A stretch of 62,421 nt of DNA, counting the filler, from Polymyxa betae A26-41 (lineage: Eukaryota > Protista > Endomyxa: Phytomyxea): NCBI GenBank assembly GCA_003693705.1. It is 6 parts of 6 records of this genome, joined end to end, with 100 filler letters (N's around TTAATTAATTAA, not from the genome) between each part and the next. Parts side by side here need not be neighbours in the genome. Positions count along the whole stretch, not along the records: positions 10,228 to 25,200 come from RBZT01000772.1; 5 more parts are not named here. One strand, written 5' to 3'. Both the position numbers and the translations under genes were made by a program. This document shows positions 12,700 through 22,917 of the stretch, in pieces (positions within the stretch are counted from its first letter, which is position 1; the number at the start of each line of letters is the position of its first letter). Below the pieces are notes generated by a model. It was not told where the DNA came from and searched no databases. It saw only the letters and a program-made list of their open reading frames with translations.

Positions 12700-13484
12700 A
12701 GATTAAGCAGCTCGGCTGCCTTCTTCTTCATGGCTTCCTCAGTAAAGAGCCCCATTTTGAAGGCATACTTCAAATTCGATAGCTCTATCTGAACGTTCTT
12801 TCGCTTCAAGTGATCGTTCCACGCCTCAGCAGAAGATTTAAAATCTTCTGCGGGCTGCGCCGCGTGTTTGTCTTGAGGATATCGCCGAGGCGTTTGACCC
12901 CGAAATCCGGTTTTATTTCCGGAACTGCGGCACTGGCATTTTCCGAAGGTTGCGAGGGTTCGCAGACGCCGCTGATGATTGCCTCACGCTTTGCCAGCAT
13001 GACTTTAGAGGCATACGTGTTCGTCAATTTGAGGCGCTTTATTACGTCCTCATTCTGGAGCACCGCTTTTCCGTTTCCCTCATTTGAAGTACCGGTTTTT
13101 AGCTCGCTCAAAGATTCTCTAACGTGCTTCTGCACGTATTGTTGATCGAAATCGACACATTCCGGAAAGGTCTGGGTCAAGTCCTGAAACATTTGGAGAA
13201 TTTTTGTGGTTAGGTTTGCAATTATATGGTTTTTAGCTAGATTTACCTTCTTCCAAACAGCTCCAGGGATGAGCTGGGTAATGTTTTTCTTAGACTTGCT
13301 GTATTCTCGGCAAAATGGCAGTGTTTGATGCCACAAGCGTGCTCAGATGGTTGGGATCGATTTTAACGATCGATTTCCGCTTGCGGTTCTGTGCTGATGT
13401 TAGATCAGCGCCTGCTTCTCCGGAACCGGATGATGTTGTTTCGACATCAGGTACAAATGCCCTCGATCCCAAATGGTTATCCAT
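12700..13484 (-). pseudogene. Harbinger second ORF (putative DNA-binding partner), frameshifted
   Basis: ORFs 13290-13484 and 12806-13336 are convergent with the transposase inside the TIRs, matching the usual two-gene layout. Basic NLS-like NRKRK. Confidence 0.55.
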
Positions 13485-13698
13485 CGAAAATCACAACAAA
13501 GATCACTCAGAAATCAGTTATAAAGCCAAACAGAGTTTGAAACTGGAGCCACGTCCACTTTTATTGCTTAAAACAGTTTCACATCCACTTTAATGTAACT
13601 GGAAGCTGACTGGGGGGCTCTTCGAGTTTCTACATCAAGTTTGACCAAAACTGACTGTGACTAGATCCTGTTCCAGCCTATTTACGGACGTCTTTAAT

Positions 13699-13833
13699 GC
13701 GTGAGTCACACTCTGTGGATTCTGTCATCTAACTTGACTTCAACTACTTCATCAAAAACACAACTTCCTTAGTTTCTGTCAACCTCGAACACCTTCGTTT
13801 ATTTAGTATCTTAGTTTCTCTCAGACTTCGTTT
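13699..13833 (+). repeat. 5' LTR (main part; first 7 bp displaced to 11364-11370)
   Basis: Direct repeat of 18629-18763. Confidence 0.9.
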
Positions 13834-13847
13834 GGTTATGGGCCCAG
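13834..13847 (+). promoter_or_regulatory. Copia-type primer binding site GGTTATGGGCCCAG
   Basis: Abuts the LTR end. Same sequence as the initiator-Met half-tRNA PBS of Drosophila copia-like elements, and identical to 59015-59028 (-). Confidence 0.88.
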
Positions 13848-14917
13848 ATCAACCCTCTCTATCTCGATCACGTTCAGAATCTGTGCCACCTTCGAACCGC
13901 CGTCAGGAAACGGTCGACGTTCAGATGCTACAACAATTTGCTTTTCCTACACATGACCAACAAAATTCTGCCAGTACTAATGTTCAACAGCAGCAGCAGC
14001 TTGAATTTGCACAGCGGACAATCCGCGAACAAAATGAGCAGCTGCAACATCAACAACAGCAATTAGTTTTACTCCAACAGCAACCTCAACAGCAACAGCA
14101 GCACCTTCAGCAACAACAACACATGCCTCCTCAGCAAAATATGTCATCAAATGTGCCCAACGTTCCGCTACCTGAAAAATTTGATGGAGACAGGAGAAAG
14201 TTTAGAGGTTTTCTCAACCAACTTCGATTGATCTGGCGGCTTCCGCCCAATCGCTATCCAACGGATGGCATACGGGTCGTACTGCTCGGCATTCTCTTGA
14301 AAGGTCCAACACTACAATGGTTCAATCCATTCCTAGAAGCTGAAGATCCCCGTCTCCTGCAACTGTCGACTACCATTCAGTTATTGGAGGGTGCCTTCGG
14401 GGATCCTGATAGAATATTAACAGCATCAAGATGAATTGAGAATCTGCGACAAGGTCGACGATCTGCCAGTGATTATGCTGCGGAATTTCGCCTAACAGCA
14501 TCCGACCTTGACTGGAATGACTCAGATAAAACGTATTATTTCCAAAAAGGCCTGAATAATGGCGTAAATAGCTTGCTCTTACATAAACCTAAGCCCGCCA
14601 ATCTGGTTACTGCAAGTAACGACGCTATCGAAGTTGATAACCGGCTTCTCGAGCTTTTGAATATAACCAGAAACACCTACAGAATGTATGCATCATCTAA
14701 TCCATCGCCTACGGTAAACATGGGAATCAATTCTGACGCAATGATACTCGATGCTACCATACCTAGATCTCAGCCACGCGCGCCATTAACCGATGAGGAA
14801 AGAAAGCGCCGCAGAGAGAACCATCTTTGCCTGTATTGTGGACAGCCAGGGCACATCGCTGTTTCCTGTGATATACTGGCTTCGAGAATGTCGGGAAATG
14901 CCGAAAGACGTGGATGA
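13838..14917 (+). pseudogene. Ty3/Gypsy (PEG10/sushi-like) gag, one in-frame stop at 14432-14434
   Basis: Gln-rich N-terminus, PEKFDGDRRKFRGFLNQ, LKGPTLQWF, LRQGRRSASDYAAEF, LDWND, and EERKRRRENHLCLYCGQPGHIAVSC (CCHC). Confidence 0.88.
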
Positions 14918-14939
14918 ATAAACAATCGGTCTCCGCGTC
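14893..14939 (+). promoter_or_regulatory. putative -1 ribosomal frameshift signal
   Basis: Slippery heptamer G GGA AAT in gag frame (14893-14899), 7-nt spacer, then stem GACGTGGA (14907-14914) / TCCGCGTC (14932-14939). The -1 frame is open past the gag stop. Confidence 0.65.
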
Positions 14940-15002
14940 CGAGTTCACACAAGAATCTCCTGAAAATTCCGATCAAACTAATGCAGAAGTTACACATGAA
15001 AC

Positions 15003-15700
15003 CACGGAAACTTGAAAATCTCAACAATAGCGTCTAATCATCAACCACACCTTACCGCCCAAGTCATATTAGAGATACCACGTGTGTCGTTTGTCTCCTA
15101 CGTGAACAAAGGCTTTACAATTGAGAGCACAATTGAATTATGATTTAGTAGAATTAGATTCCAGGCCCCAAGGTCTCGTCCAGGCCGGCCAGCGTAGTTC
15201 TCGTTCCGGGCTTCCGGAGGCCGGACGGTGACTCACGCAGTTTCCGCCGCCACAGGGCCTCCAGTGGCGATTTGGCCNNNNNNNNNNNNNNNNNNNNNNN
15301 NNNNNNNNNNNNNNNNNNNNNNNNNNNNNNNNNNNNNNNNNNNNNNNNNNNNNNNNNNNNNNNNTGAGACAGCCTCACTACACACAGGTCGGGAAGATCC
15401 TTTGCATCTAACAGCACTGATAGACTCCTGCTCCTTCTCAGAGTTCATAGACAGAAATATTGTTACGAACGAAGGCATTCCAACCGTCAATTCAAGTCCG
15501 TTAAATGTTGAAGCCATTGATGGAAGAAACCTCGCACCCGTTACAAAGATATCTATACCTTTGAAATCAACTGTATGCAATAACTCAGAAATGATGAAAT
15601 ATTACGTCATCGATTCTCCTCATAACCCAATTTTCTGGGAATCCCGTGGCTCAAAAGAAACAACCCATCCATCAACTGGAACGACTTCACGATCAACAAT
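15003..15700 (+). pseudogene. Gypsy-type aspartic protease, interrupted by an LTR insertion
   Basis: Removing 15083-15388 restores HLTAQVILEIP-(G/R)REDPLHLTALIDSCSFSEFID in frame. LGIPWLKRNNPSINW follows after a frameshift. Confidence 0.8.
15083..15384. mobile_element. inserted LTR (solo, or element collapsed in the N gap)
   Basis: TGTGT...ACACA termini; near-TSD CACG/CAGG. 15365-15384 is the reverse complement of 35023-35042. Confidence 0.65.
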
Positions 15701-15837
15701 CGTGTGTGTGGCGTAAATCGCTTAGAAGCAAATGTGGACTATCACATCAATTCTGCTTTGATCGTCAATGAAAACAGCTCTCGTACAACAAATCCTTTTC
15801 TTGTTAATCCTATACCCGCCGCGCTAGGCTAAAGTTT

Positions 15838-18614
15838 ATGACTTGGCATCACAGTCTTGGACCTCGAAATGTTAGAGACATTTCTTCGAATGGCAAACAA
15901 AAAACTTACAAAGGATATGTCACTGGACGACACCACATCACAAGACCCTGGATTCTGTGAAGCTTGCGTCATCGGTAAAGCCAAAGCGGCGCCATTTCCA
16001 AGAGTTTCTAAGATTAAGAACTGGGACTTGCTGGGGCGTGTTGATGTCGACGAATGCGGACCATTACCAGTAGCTTCGATAAACGGAAAAAGGTACTTTA
16101 TCAGTTTTTCTGATCGCAAAAGCAAGTTGAAATTCACATACCTTTTACACCGAGAGAATGATGCATTATCAAGATTCAAATCTCTTGGAAGGAAACCCGA
16201 GAAACAAGTAGGAAACCCTATTAAATGTCTTTTCGGTGACAATGCTGGTGAATTCGTGAACAGAGAGTTCCAGGACTATATCGATAAAGCAGGGATTGAA
16301 TGGAGGTCTACCGTACCGTTTTGTTCGGAGCAAAATGGAATCGTGGAAAGAAGTCACCTAACGCTTATGGATTCAGTTCGTTAAATGCTACTACATGCGA
16401 CTTTACGAAACAGTTTTGGGGACCGGCCATTCTCACCGCGCCTCGCATATCTACAATGTATGTCCCCATCTCAACGATAAGGGTTCCACGCCACATGAAC
16501 TACTGAATGGAAGCAAACCGGATATTCGTTATCTTCGGGTGTTTGGATGTGATGCTTACGCCTTAATACCAGAGCATTCCCGGACAAAGCTTGACCCTTG
16601 AGCAGGAAAATCAATATTCTTAGGTTATGCACAGCATCAAAAGGGATACCTGGTTTATGATGCAGACTCTGGAAAAATCTCTGTTCATCGCTCAGTGTTT
16701 TTCAAAGAAGACGGGTTTGGAACACGAGATGCTTCCATGGCTTTGGCTGACCCAATACAGCCTGACGATGACTGTACCAGTAATTATCAGTTCGACGGAA
16801 CCGATGAGAATCTGAAGAAGACGACAGCTCTCGCGAATCTCTCGAATCTTCGGTTCAGGGAGGGATTGTGGAGAATATAAACACAACAGCGAGAGCCGTA
16901 AGACAGCGAAAATCTGTACCAAGTTATGGTAATCCCGTGAGCCACAATTGGATCCACGCCATAGTCAACCCTGACAGCAACACGCCGATCACCTTCAAAG
17001 ATGCGACATCATGTCAACATGCTGGACTCTGGATTCAAGCAATGAATGACGAGCTGAAATCTCTTCAGGATCACGGTATATGGCAGGATGTTGAGCGATT
17101 ACCTGCAGGGAAACATTCGATTGGTTGCCGCTGGATATACAAATTCAAGAGAATAACGACATCTGACATTTCATCCGGTTCAAATTGGATACTGAAGCAT
17201 CATGAGGATGGAACGTCCTCGAGGAACAAGGCCCGGTTAGTGGTACAAGGATTCAGACAAAAACACGGACTGGATTATCACGACACGTACGCTCCAGTCA
17301 TGAGAACAGACATTCTGCTGTTAATTGTCGCCCTGTCAATCCATGATCAGTCAATTGTTGCAGAACAAATGGATGTTGTCACTGCTTTCTTACATGCTCC
17401 TCTTTCAGAGGAACTTTATATGAGGGCTCCGGAAGGATACAAGTCAAGGTCAAAGTATGTGAGATTGCTGAGATCGTTATTTGGACTCAAACAGGCTCCT
17501 TACGAATGGTTTAAGACAATTGATCAGATTCTGGTGACGGACCTGGGGTTCACAAATTAAAATCCACAACATGCCTTTACGTCAAAAGATCACCTTCTGC
17601 ACGTTACTGCATTGTTGGTGTATATGTTGATGATTTACCGATAATCGGGCATCCAGAAATGGTCCAAGCGTTGAAGGATGCATTATCACAGCGCTTCAAA
17701 ATGACATATCTGGGAGCACTATCTCATTGCTTAGGCATCAGAATTCATCGAAACAATGAAGTTGGCACAGTATTCTTAGAACAAGGAAAGTACCTCCAGG
17801 AAATTCTTGATCTTTATGAAATGAGCGACTCTAAACCTCAGTCAACTCCAGCCAACACCGCTATTAAACTGACGAAGCAAACGTGCCCGAAAACTGATGA
17901 CGAACGACAGCAAGTGGCCCAGTTTCAAAGCAAAATTAATTACCGTTCTGCCGTTGGACATTTGATTTGGTTGTTTCATACCAGACCTGATATTACTTAT
18001 GCTGTTGGAGAGGTGTCACGATATGTAGAAGATCCTTGTCCAGCACACTTTGTCGCCTTAAAGCGAATATTCCGCTATCTAAACGGCACTAAAGCCTATG
18101 GACTTCTGTACAAAAGAGGCGCTTACTCAAGAATCGAGCTGAAAGGATATTCTGACTCCGATTGGGCTGGCGTTATCGACACCAAACGGTCCACGTCCGG
18201 ATATATTTTTCTTCTGAATGGACGTTCTGTATCCTATCACAGTATGAAACAAACATCGACTGCGTTGTCTTCCGGCGAAGCAGAAGTTATTGCTTCTAGT
18301 CTGGCTTCTGCTGAGGCAGTCTGGCTATTTGATGTGTTAAATGAGTTGGGATTTTGTGCGCAACTTCCGGTCACGCTTTTTCAGGACAATATTGGCTCTA
18401 TTTCTTTTGGCTTGAACGAGGTCAATCATTCGAAATGAAACATATCGCGCTAAGGGAAAACTTTGCTCGAGAACTCGTGAAGAATGGAACTGTGACTTCC
18501 AGTTATATTGCTACTTCTGAGAATCTTGCTGATTTTCTCACAAAGTCTTTGGGGCCAATCAAATTCGAATACTTTCGTACTAAGATCGGATGTGCTCAGA
18601 ATCCATTAGATTGA
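15838..18614 (+). pseudogene. Ty1/Copia integrase - RT - RNase H, with several stops and frameshifts
   Basis: WHHSLG...CEACVIGK, VDVDECGP, DNAGEF, EQNGIVER, LRVFGCDAY, ARLVVQGFRQKHGLDY, MDVVTAFL, YVDD, GYSDSDWAG, KHIALRENFARE, ADFLTKSL. INT precedes RT. Confidence 0.93.
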
Positions 18615-18621
18615 GGTAGGG

Positions 18622-18763
18622 AATTAATGCATGAGTCACACTCTTGGATTCTGTCATCTAACTTGACTTCATCTACTTCATCAAATAATACAACTTCCTT
18701 AGTTTCTTTCAACCTCGAACACCTTTGTTTATTTAGTATCTTAGTTTCTCTCAGACTTCGTTT
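18622..18763 (+). repeat. 3' LTR (142 bp, AATTAAT...CGTTT)
   Basis: Preceded by purine tract GAGGTAGGG and followed by TSD CGTCC. Confidence 0.9.
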
Positions 18764-20714
18764 CGTCCTAGTAGGCGATCCAGAACCGGCGAACTCTAGA
18801 GGACAGAAGTTATTTTTGAAATGGAGAGGGCCGTTTAGGATTACGGATACTGAGGATAATTATATTTTCGAAGTTGAGGCGTGAAATCGCCTATTTTTAT
18901 TCGTTAAAGATGTTTTCGTTTTAGGTCACGTGCCCTTCCTGTGACCTAGTGTATCTGACCTCAATACAGTACCATAGTTCTTTGTGTGCTATCATCTTTT
19001 CATCTACTTTCTAGTTTAGACCCTGGCGGCTCGGAAGCCGTCTCATAGGCCTATTTTCGTACTTCCGCTCACGCTCCTGCTCGCTTTGTAGCTAAGCTCC
19101 GAGTTCTGCGTAACTCTCTTCCTCAAATCAGGGCCTCCCCTTTGGGTGTCGTGCCCGTTTCCTCAACCGAGGTTCGTCGTCTGGCGTCGACTATTCGTCT
19201 TTGTCGTTGCCAACCGTTCCGCTCCCTCTTAACACACTCTTTGTGTTGACTGGTCGATATTGACCGTTTCGCTTCACCTGTTTTCTCTCTCTCCATTCGA
19301 GCTTCAGACTCTCTCTGGGTCGGGTCCCGAGTACAGCGAAGAGGTCTTAGGTGGCAGTTCAGTCGTCTGTTAGACGACGTTTAGTGATCGAGGGGAAGGC
19401 TTCGGCCGCGGCTTGGTTGCCAACCGATACCCTAGCAATTCTACTGTCTTTAGTCGAAAAGTTACGGTTGCCGAAACTTAGTAGACACTAAACACTTCAG
19501 AAGTGTCCTTGGTTTCTGTTCCCACGAGTTAGTCCAATCTCATTGTTCCAATCGTCATGAACCCTGTTCAAACGTCTATGATTGCGCCCCAAAAGCTGGA
19601 AGGCTACGACCGCACTGTTGTCAAAGCTTTCATTATCGAATGGGAAGCTTATAAGGATCGGATCAAGCGTTTCAATGAAGCCATTAAGGATGAGAATCGA
19701 AATCTTTCTGCTATTCCTCTCCGGGATGCAATTGTACCATGGATTTTACAGCATGTATGTACTTACATACTTAAGTTGCCATCAGGCTCAAATAAGACTG
19801 TGGTTGATGATATCTTGCTAAAGCATCTTCAAGAGTATACCGGCCTTGCGGTCCGGAATGCTTACGGCAGCAGAGACCTTTTCAAGTCTCTGAAACTTGT
19901 CCACCATGGCGACCCTCAGCTGAGTGTTATGGACCTTTTCCGCCCGTCCGAAGAGATCGTAGACAAGCAAGACCTAGTCGAACATTTCAGTAAACACACA
20001 GAGCTGCAGAAGAAGCAGATCCAAGGCATGGTGGAAGCTTTGCATCCCGACTCGCTGCGCGAAACTGTGAAAGCTGCCCTGGATGTCGAAGAGATCGAAT
20101 CACAAGCCGATCTTGGCAAGTTTCGTGATTTTCTTCTGGAGACGTTGAAGGCGTTCAAACGGTTCTATCGTGACGTTCATGGCTCTTCCAGCAAGACCTT
20201 TACATGCACTTCCAAACCCCTAGAATGTTTCAAGTGCAAAGGGTCCCATCACGTTCTCAAATGCTCCAGCTGTACTCCTGATGAAGCCAAGCGTTTACTG
20301 GAGGAATTCAGGCAACGCAAACGAGCAGAAGAGGCTACTAATCCCGCCACTTCAGCGCCCTCGTCAAGTGCTACAGCAACAACTCAGCAGAACAAAACCG
20401 GCTCTAAGCCTGCGAACACCCATACGGGTTCGTCCAGTTTCTATAAAACAAACTTTACAAGATCACAAGCTACGTCGGGTACAGCTACTACCGCTGCTAC
20501 GCCGTCCAGTTCTTCCAATGCTGCCAGCACATCCGCCACGCCACAGACCGGCCCATCGACCGGTTCATCGGTTGCTGCTAAAGCCAATCGTTTGGCTGTT
20601 GCTGATTATTATTCCTTCTGGTCTGCCCCTGCAATCCCATCTCCTGTGCACCTAGCCTCTGTTGCTGGCCCAATTGAGAACGCCACTGCCTCCAGTAATG
20701 CTCCAGTGCCGCTA

Positions 20715-22917
20715 CCGTCTTAACCCGAAAATAACACCATGATGTTGTATTCGAGTTTCCGAAAATTTTCGGTCGCCCAAAACATTCTCAATAAATCCAA
20801 ATATAACACCACTTCGCATATAACACCATGGTTTTTTATTCGAATAGATCACCACTTACTAAAACAGATCAACAATGAATCAAAGGTAGCAGCTAGATCA
20901 TGCAAACAGCGAAATAATTGCTCAATTGCACTAATTTAACGTGCTCAACTGAGGCTGCAGCTGAATAAACAAACGAAGAACCAGTCTCTGCGTTTTTCAC
21001 TTCAATGTTCCAGTTCTCTTTTACCGATGCAGCAAAGATTTCCAGTTCCGCTGCAGGAGCCATGCCGTTGTGCAACTTTTCGAAATACTCCTCATCAGTG
21101 ACATCGCGAAGTTCATCCATCGACTTCATAAAATTAAGCAAATCTTCCTTGTAGGCCATCCAGCTGTCCATATTCGTGCCACTTTTACGGGCTAAGCACA
21201 TAAACAAACTATCAGAATCTACATCAGGCAGATACCACTCAGGAGGCTGGTAAACTTCTTCATCATTAGAACTGCTTTCCAACTCGACATAAGACGAATA
21301 TAACTCATTCCATCTGGTGATATCAAACGAAGGTTCGAATAATGCCTTTAAAGGCGGATGTAGGATCTGGAGGTCCAAGTAATCTTTCGGAAGTAGACCG
21401 CAAATCGCAAATGCGTTAGAGAATCTGGTCGGCTGTTTTGGTTGCAATCCATTCGACGATCCAATTTGAAACAGTTAAATAGCCAGGGACTTTAGGGTTT
21501 CCAGCTTTAGTTTGCAACGTTGGGTCTTCCAAAGCGAGGCCAATAAACTTGTCGTAGCATGTTTGATAATATGCCTGGAAACTCCTATTAACTGGACGTC
21601 CAACGGTTGGAGAATGTTGGTTAAGTTAGGTGGGATAATGGCGATGAAAATGTTGTACTTCTCAAGGGCCTTAGATTTTGCCAATTTGATATGAACGCCA
21701 TATGAATCCATGATCAAAAGTGTTGGCTCCCGAAAAAACGCCGATTCGACCCGAGATATTATTGCATCTTTGACGAACTGAAGTAAGATGTCATCATTCC
21801 ACATGCCCGTCTTGTTAACATCAACAAGCACACTATCATGAGCAGACGGCTTGTTTTTCAATCCAGATAAGAGTAAATGCGGTTTTAATAGCTTTCCTGT
21901 GCTAGTAATCCAAATGTCACCGCCAATAGTTTATGGGAAGTACCGCCTTTTTTCAAAAGAACCTATAATCCAACATCAATAGCCATCTGACCATTAATTG
22001 AGCAAGTCAACTTACATCGCGACTTCCTTTGGTGGTTATAGTTGATGTCGGTTCAGTTTCAAAGTAACGGGGTACTTAATCCATATTGATTATGTTTTTT
22101 GGTTTGATTGAATGGGATTCGATTAAATGATGAACAAGCTGAATAAACCTTCGACAACTATCGTCCGCAGCAACCGGTAGAGAACGACAGGACGTCTGTC
22201 TTCGCGAAACAAGATTATGGCGAACTTTAAATTTTGAAACCCAACCAGGCGAAGCAATGAATTCCGCATCATGGTCAATTGAGCCGTCCTCCTTCGCTTG
22301 GCTGAATAAATTCAATGCCTTTTGCTGAATATACTGATCCTTGACACGTAATCCTTTTTTGTTCTTCAATTTGATCCAATCAATCAGCTGTGCCTCTAAC
22401 TCTTCGAATTTGGGTTTTCTTCCTCCACCGTTTAAACGTCGTGTCTTTCGGGTTTCGACATCATCATCTTCTAGCGCGGCTTCAAGTTCATGCTTTTTTT
22501 GTATCCAGCCTCGAAGAGTATCTCTACTGACACCGGTTTGCTTCGCTAAGGCAGGTAGGCCCTTACCGACTACGCCTTTTTCATACATCCGAATAATATC
22601 GAGTTTGGCCTTTATGGTGTAGCTTTTCCTCTTAGAGGCCATGCTTGTTTCAAACGAGCCAGACGTTCCAATCCGTAGTTCGATTTAATTGTGAAAGAAG
22701 CTGTGTCTAAGGTACCACAGAAAGATCTCTCGCGTAACTCAATCCGCGGCCTTTGTTATAACTTCAGTGATTAAAGAGTTTTTAGAAAAAGAGATAATAA
22801 AGTGTACTTAAGAGCTGAGTAGTTTATGGGACCTTAATACACTACGCTCTCCATGAAAAAAAGTTGTTCAATTCAATCTAAATACAACACCATGGTGTTA
22901 TTTTCGGGTTAAGACGG
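20715..22917 (-). mobile_element. pogo-family DNA transposon inserted in Gypsy gag-pol
   Basis: 37-bp TIRs CCGTCTTAACCCGAAAATAACACCATGRTGTTGTATT (1 mismatch). TA TSD at 20713-20714 and 22918-22919. Confidence 0.95.
20893..22642 (-). pseudogene. pogo transposase (HTH + CENP-B HTH + DDE_1) with C-terminal OTU-like region
   Basis: KRKSYTIKAKL, GGGRKP, FIASPGWVSKFK, IINMD, LIMDSYGVH and LQPLDV, then DSDSLFMCLA...AAELEIFAAS. Stops and frameshifts present. Confidence 0.85.

Larger units (their letters stand above)
11371..13695 (+). mobile_element. PIF/Harbinger-like (PHIS) transposon inserted 7 bp into the 5' LTR
   Basis: 17-bp TIRs AAAGAAATCCGCAAATA / AAAGACGTCCGTAAATA (3 mismatches). 3-bp TSD AAT at 11368-11370 and 13696-13698. 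Two convergent ORFs. Confidence 0.85.
11364..18763 (+). mobile_element. LTR retrotransposon with Gypsy-type gag-protease and Copia-type INT-RT-RH
   Basis: 5' LTR is 11364-11370 plus 13699-13833; 3' LTR is 18622-18763 (about 7 differences). TSD CGTCC at 11359-11363 and 18764-18768. PBS 13834-13847; PPT 18613-18621. Confidence 0.88.
10228..18881 (+). pseudogene. Ty3/Gypsy integrase C-terminus split by nested insertions (pieces 10228-10400, 11352-11363, 18764-18881)
   Basis: Removing the inserts and their TSDs gives ...KEPYITVGDF-V-LVGDPEPANSRGQKLFLKWRGPFRITDTEDNYIFEVE, the GPF/Y region of Gypsy integrases. Confidence 0.8.

Noticed and set aside
15278-15364. N gap as a misjoin explaining the Gypsy/Copia chimera
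   Set aside because: Gypsy-type protease sequence lies on both sides and rejoins in frame, and the Gypsy-to-Copia switch (~15700-15840) is in ungapped sequence. Long reads are still needed.
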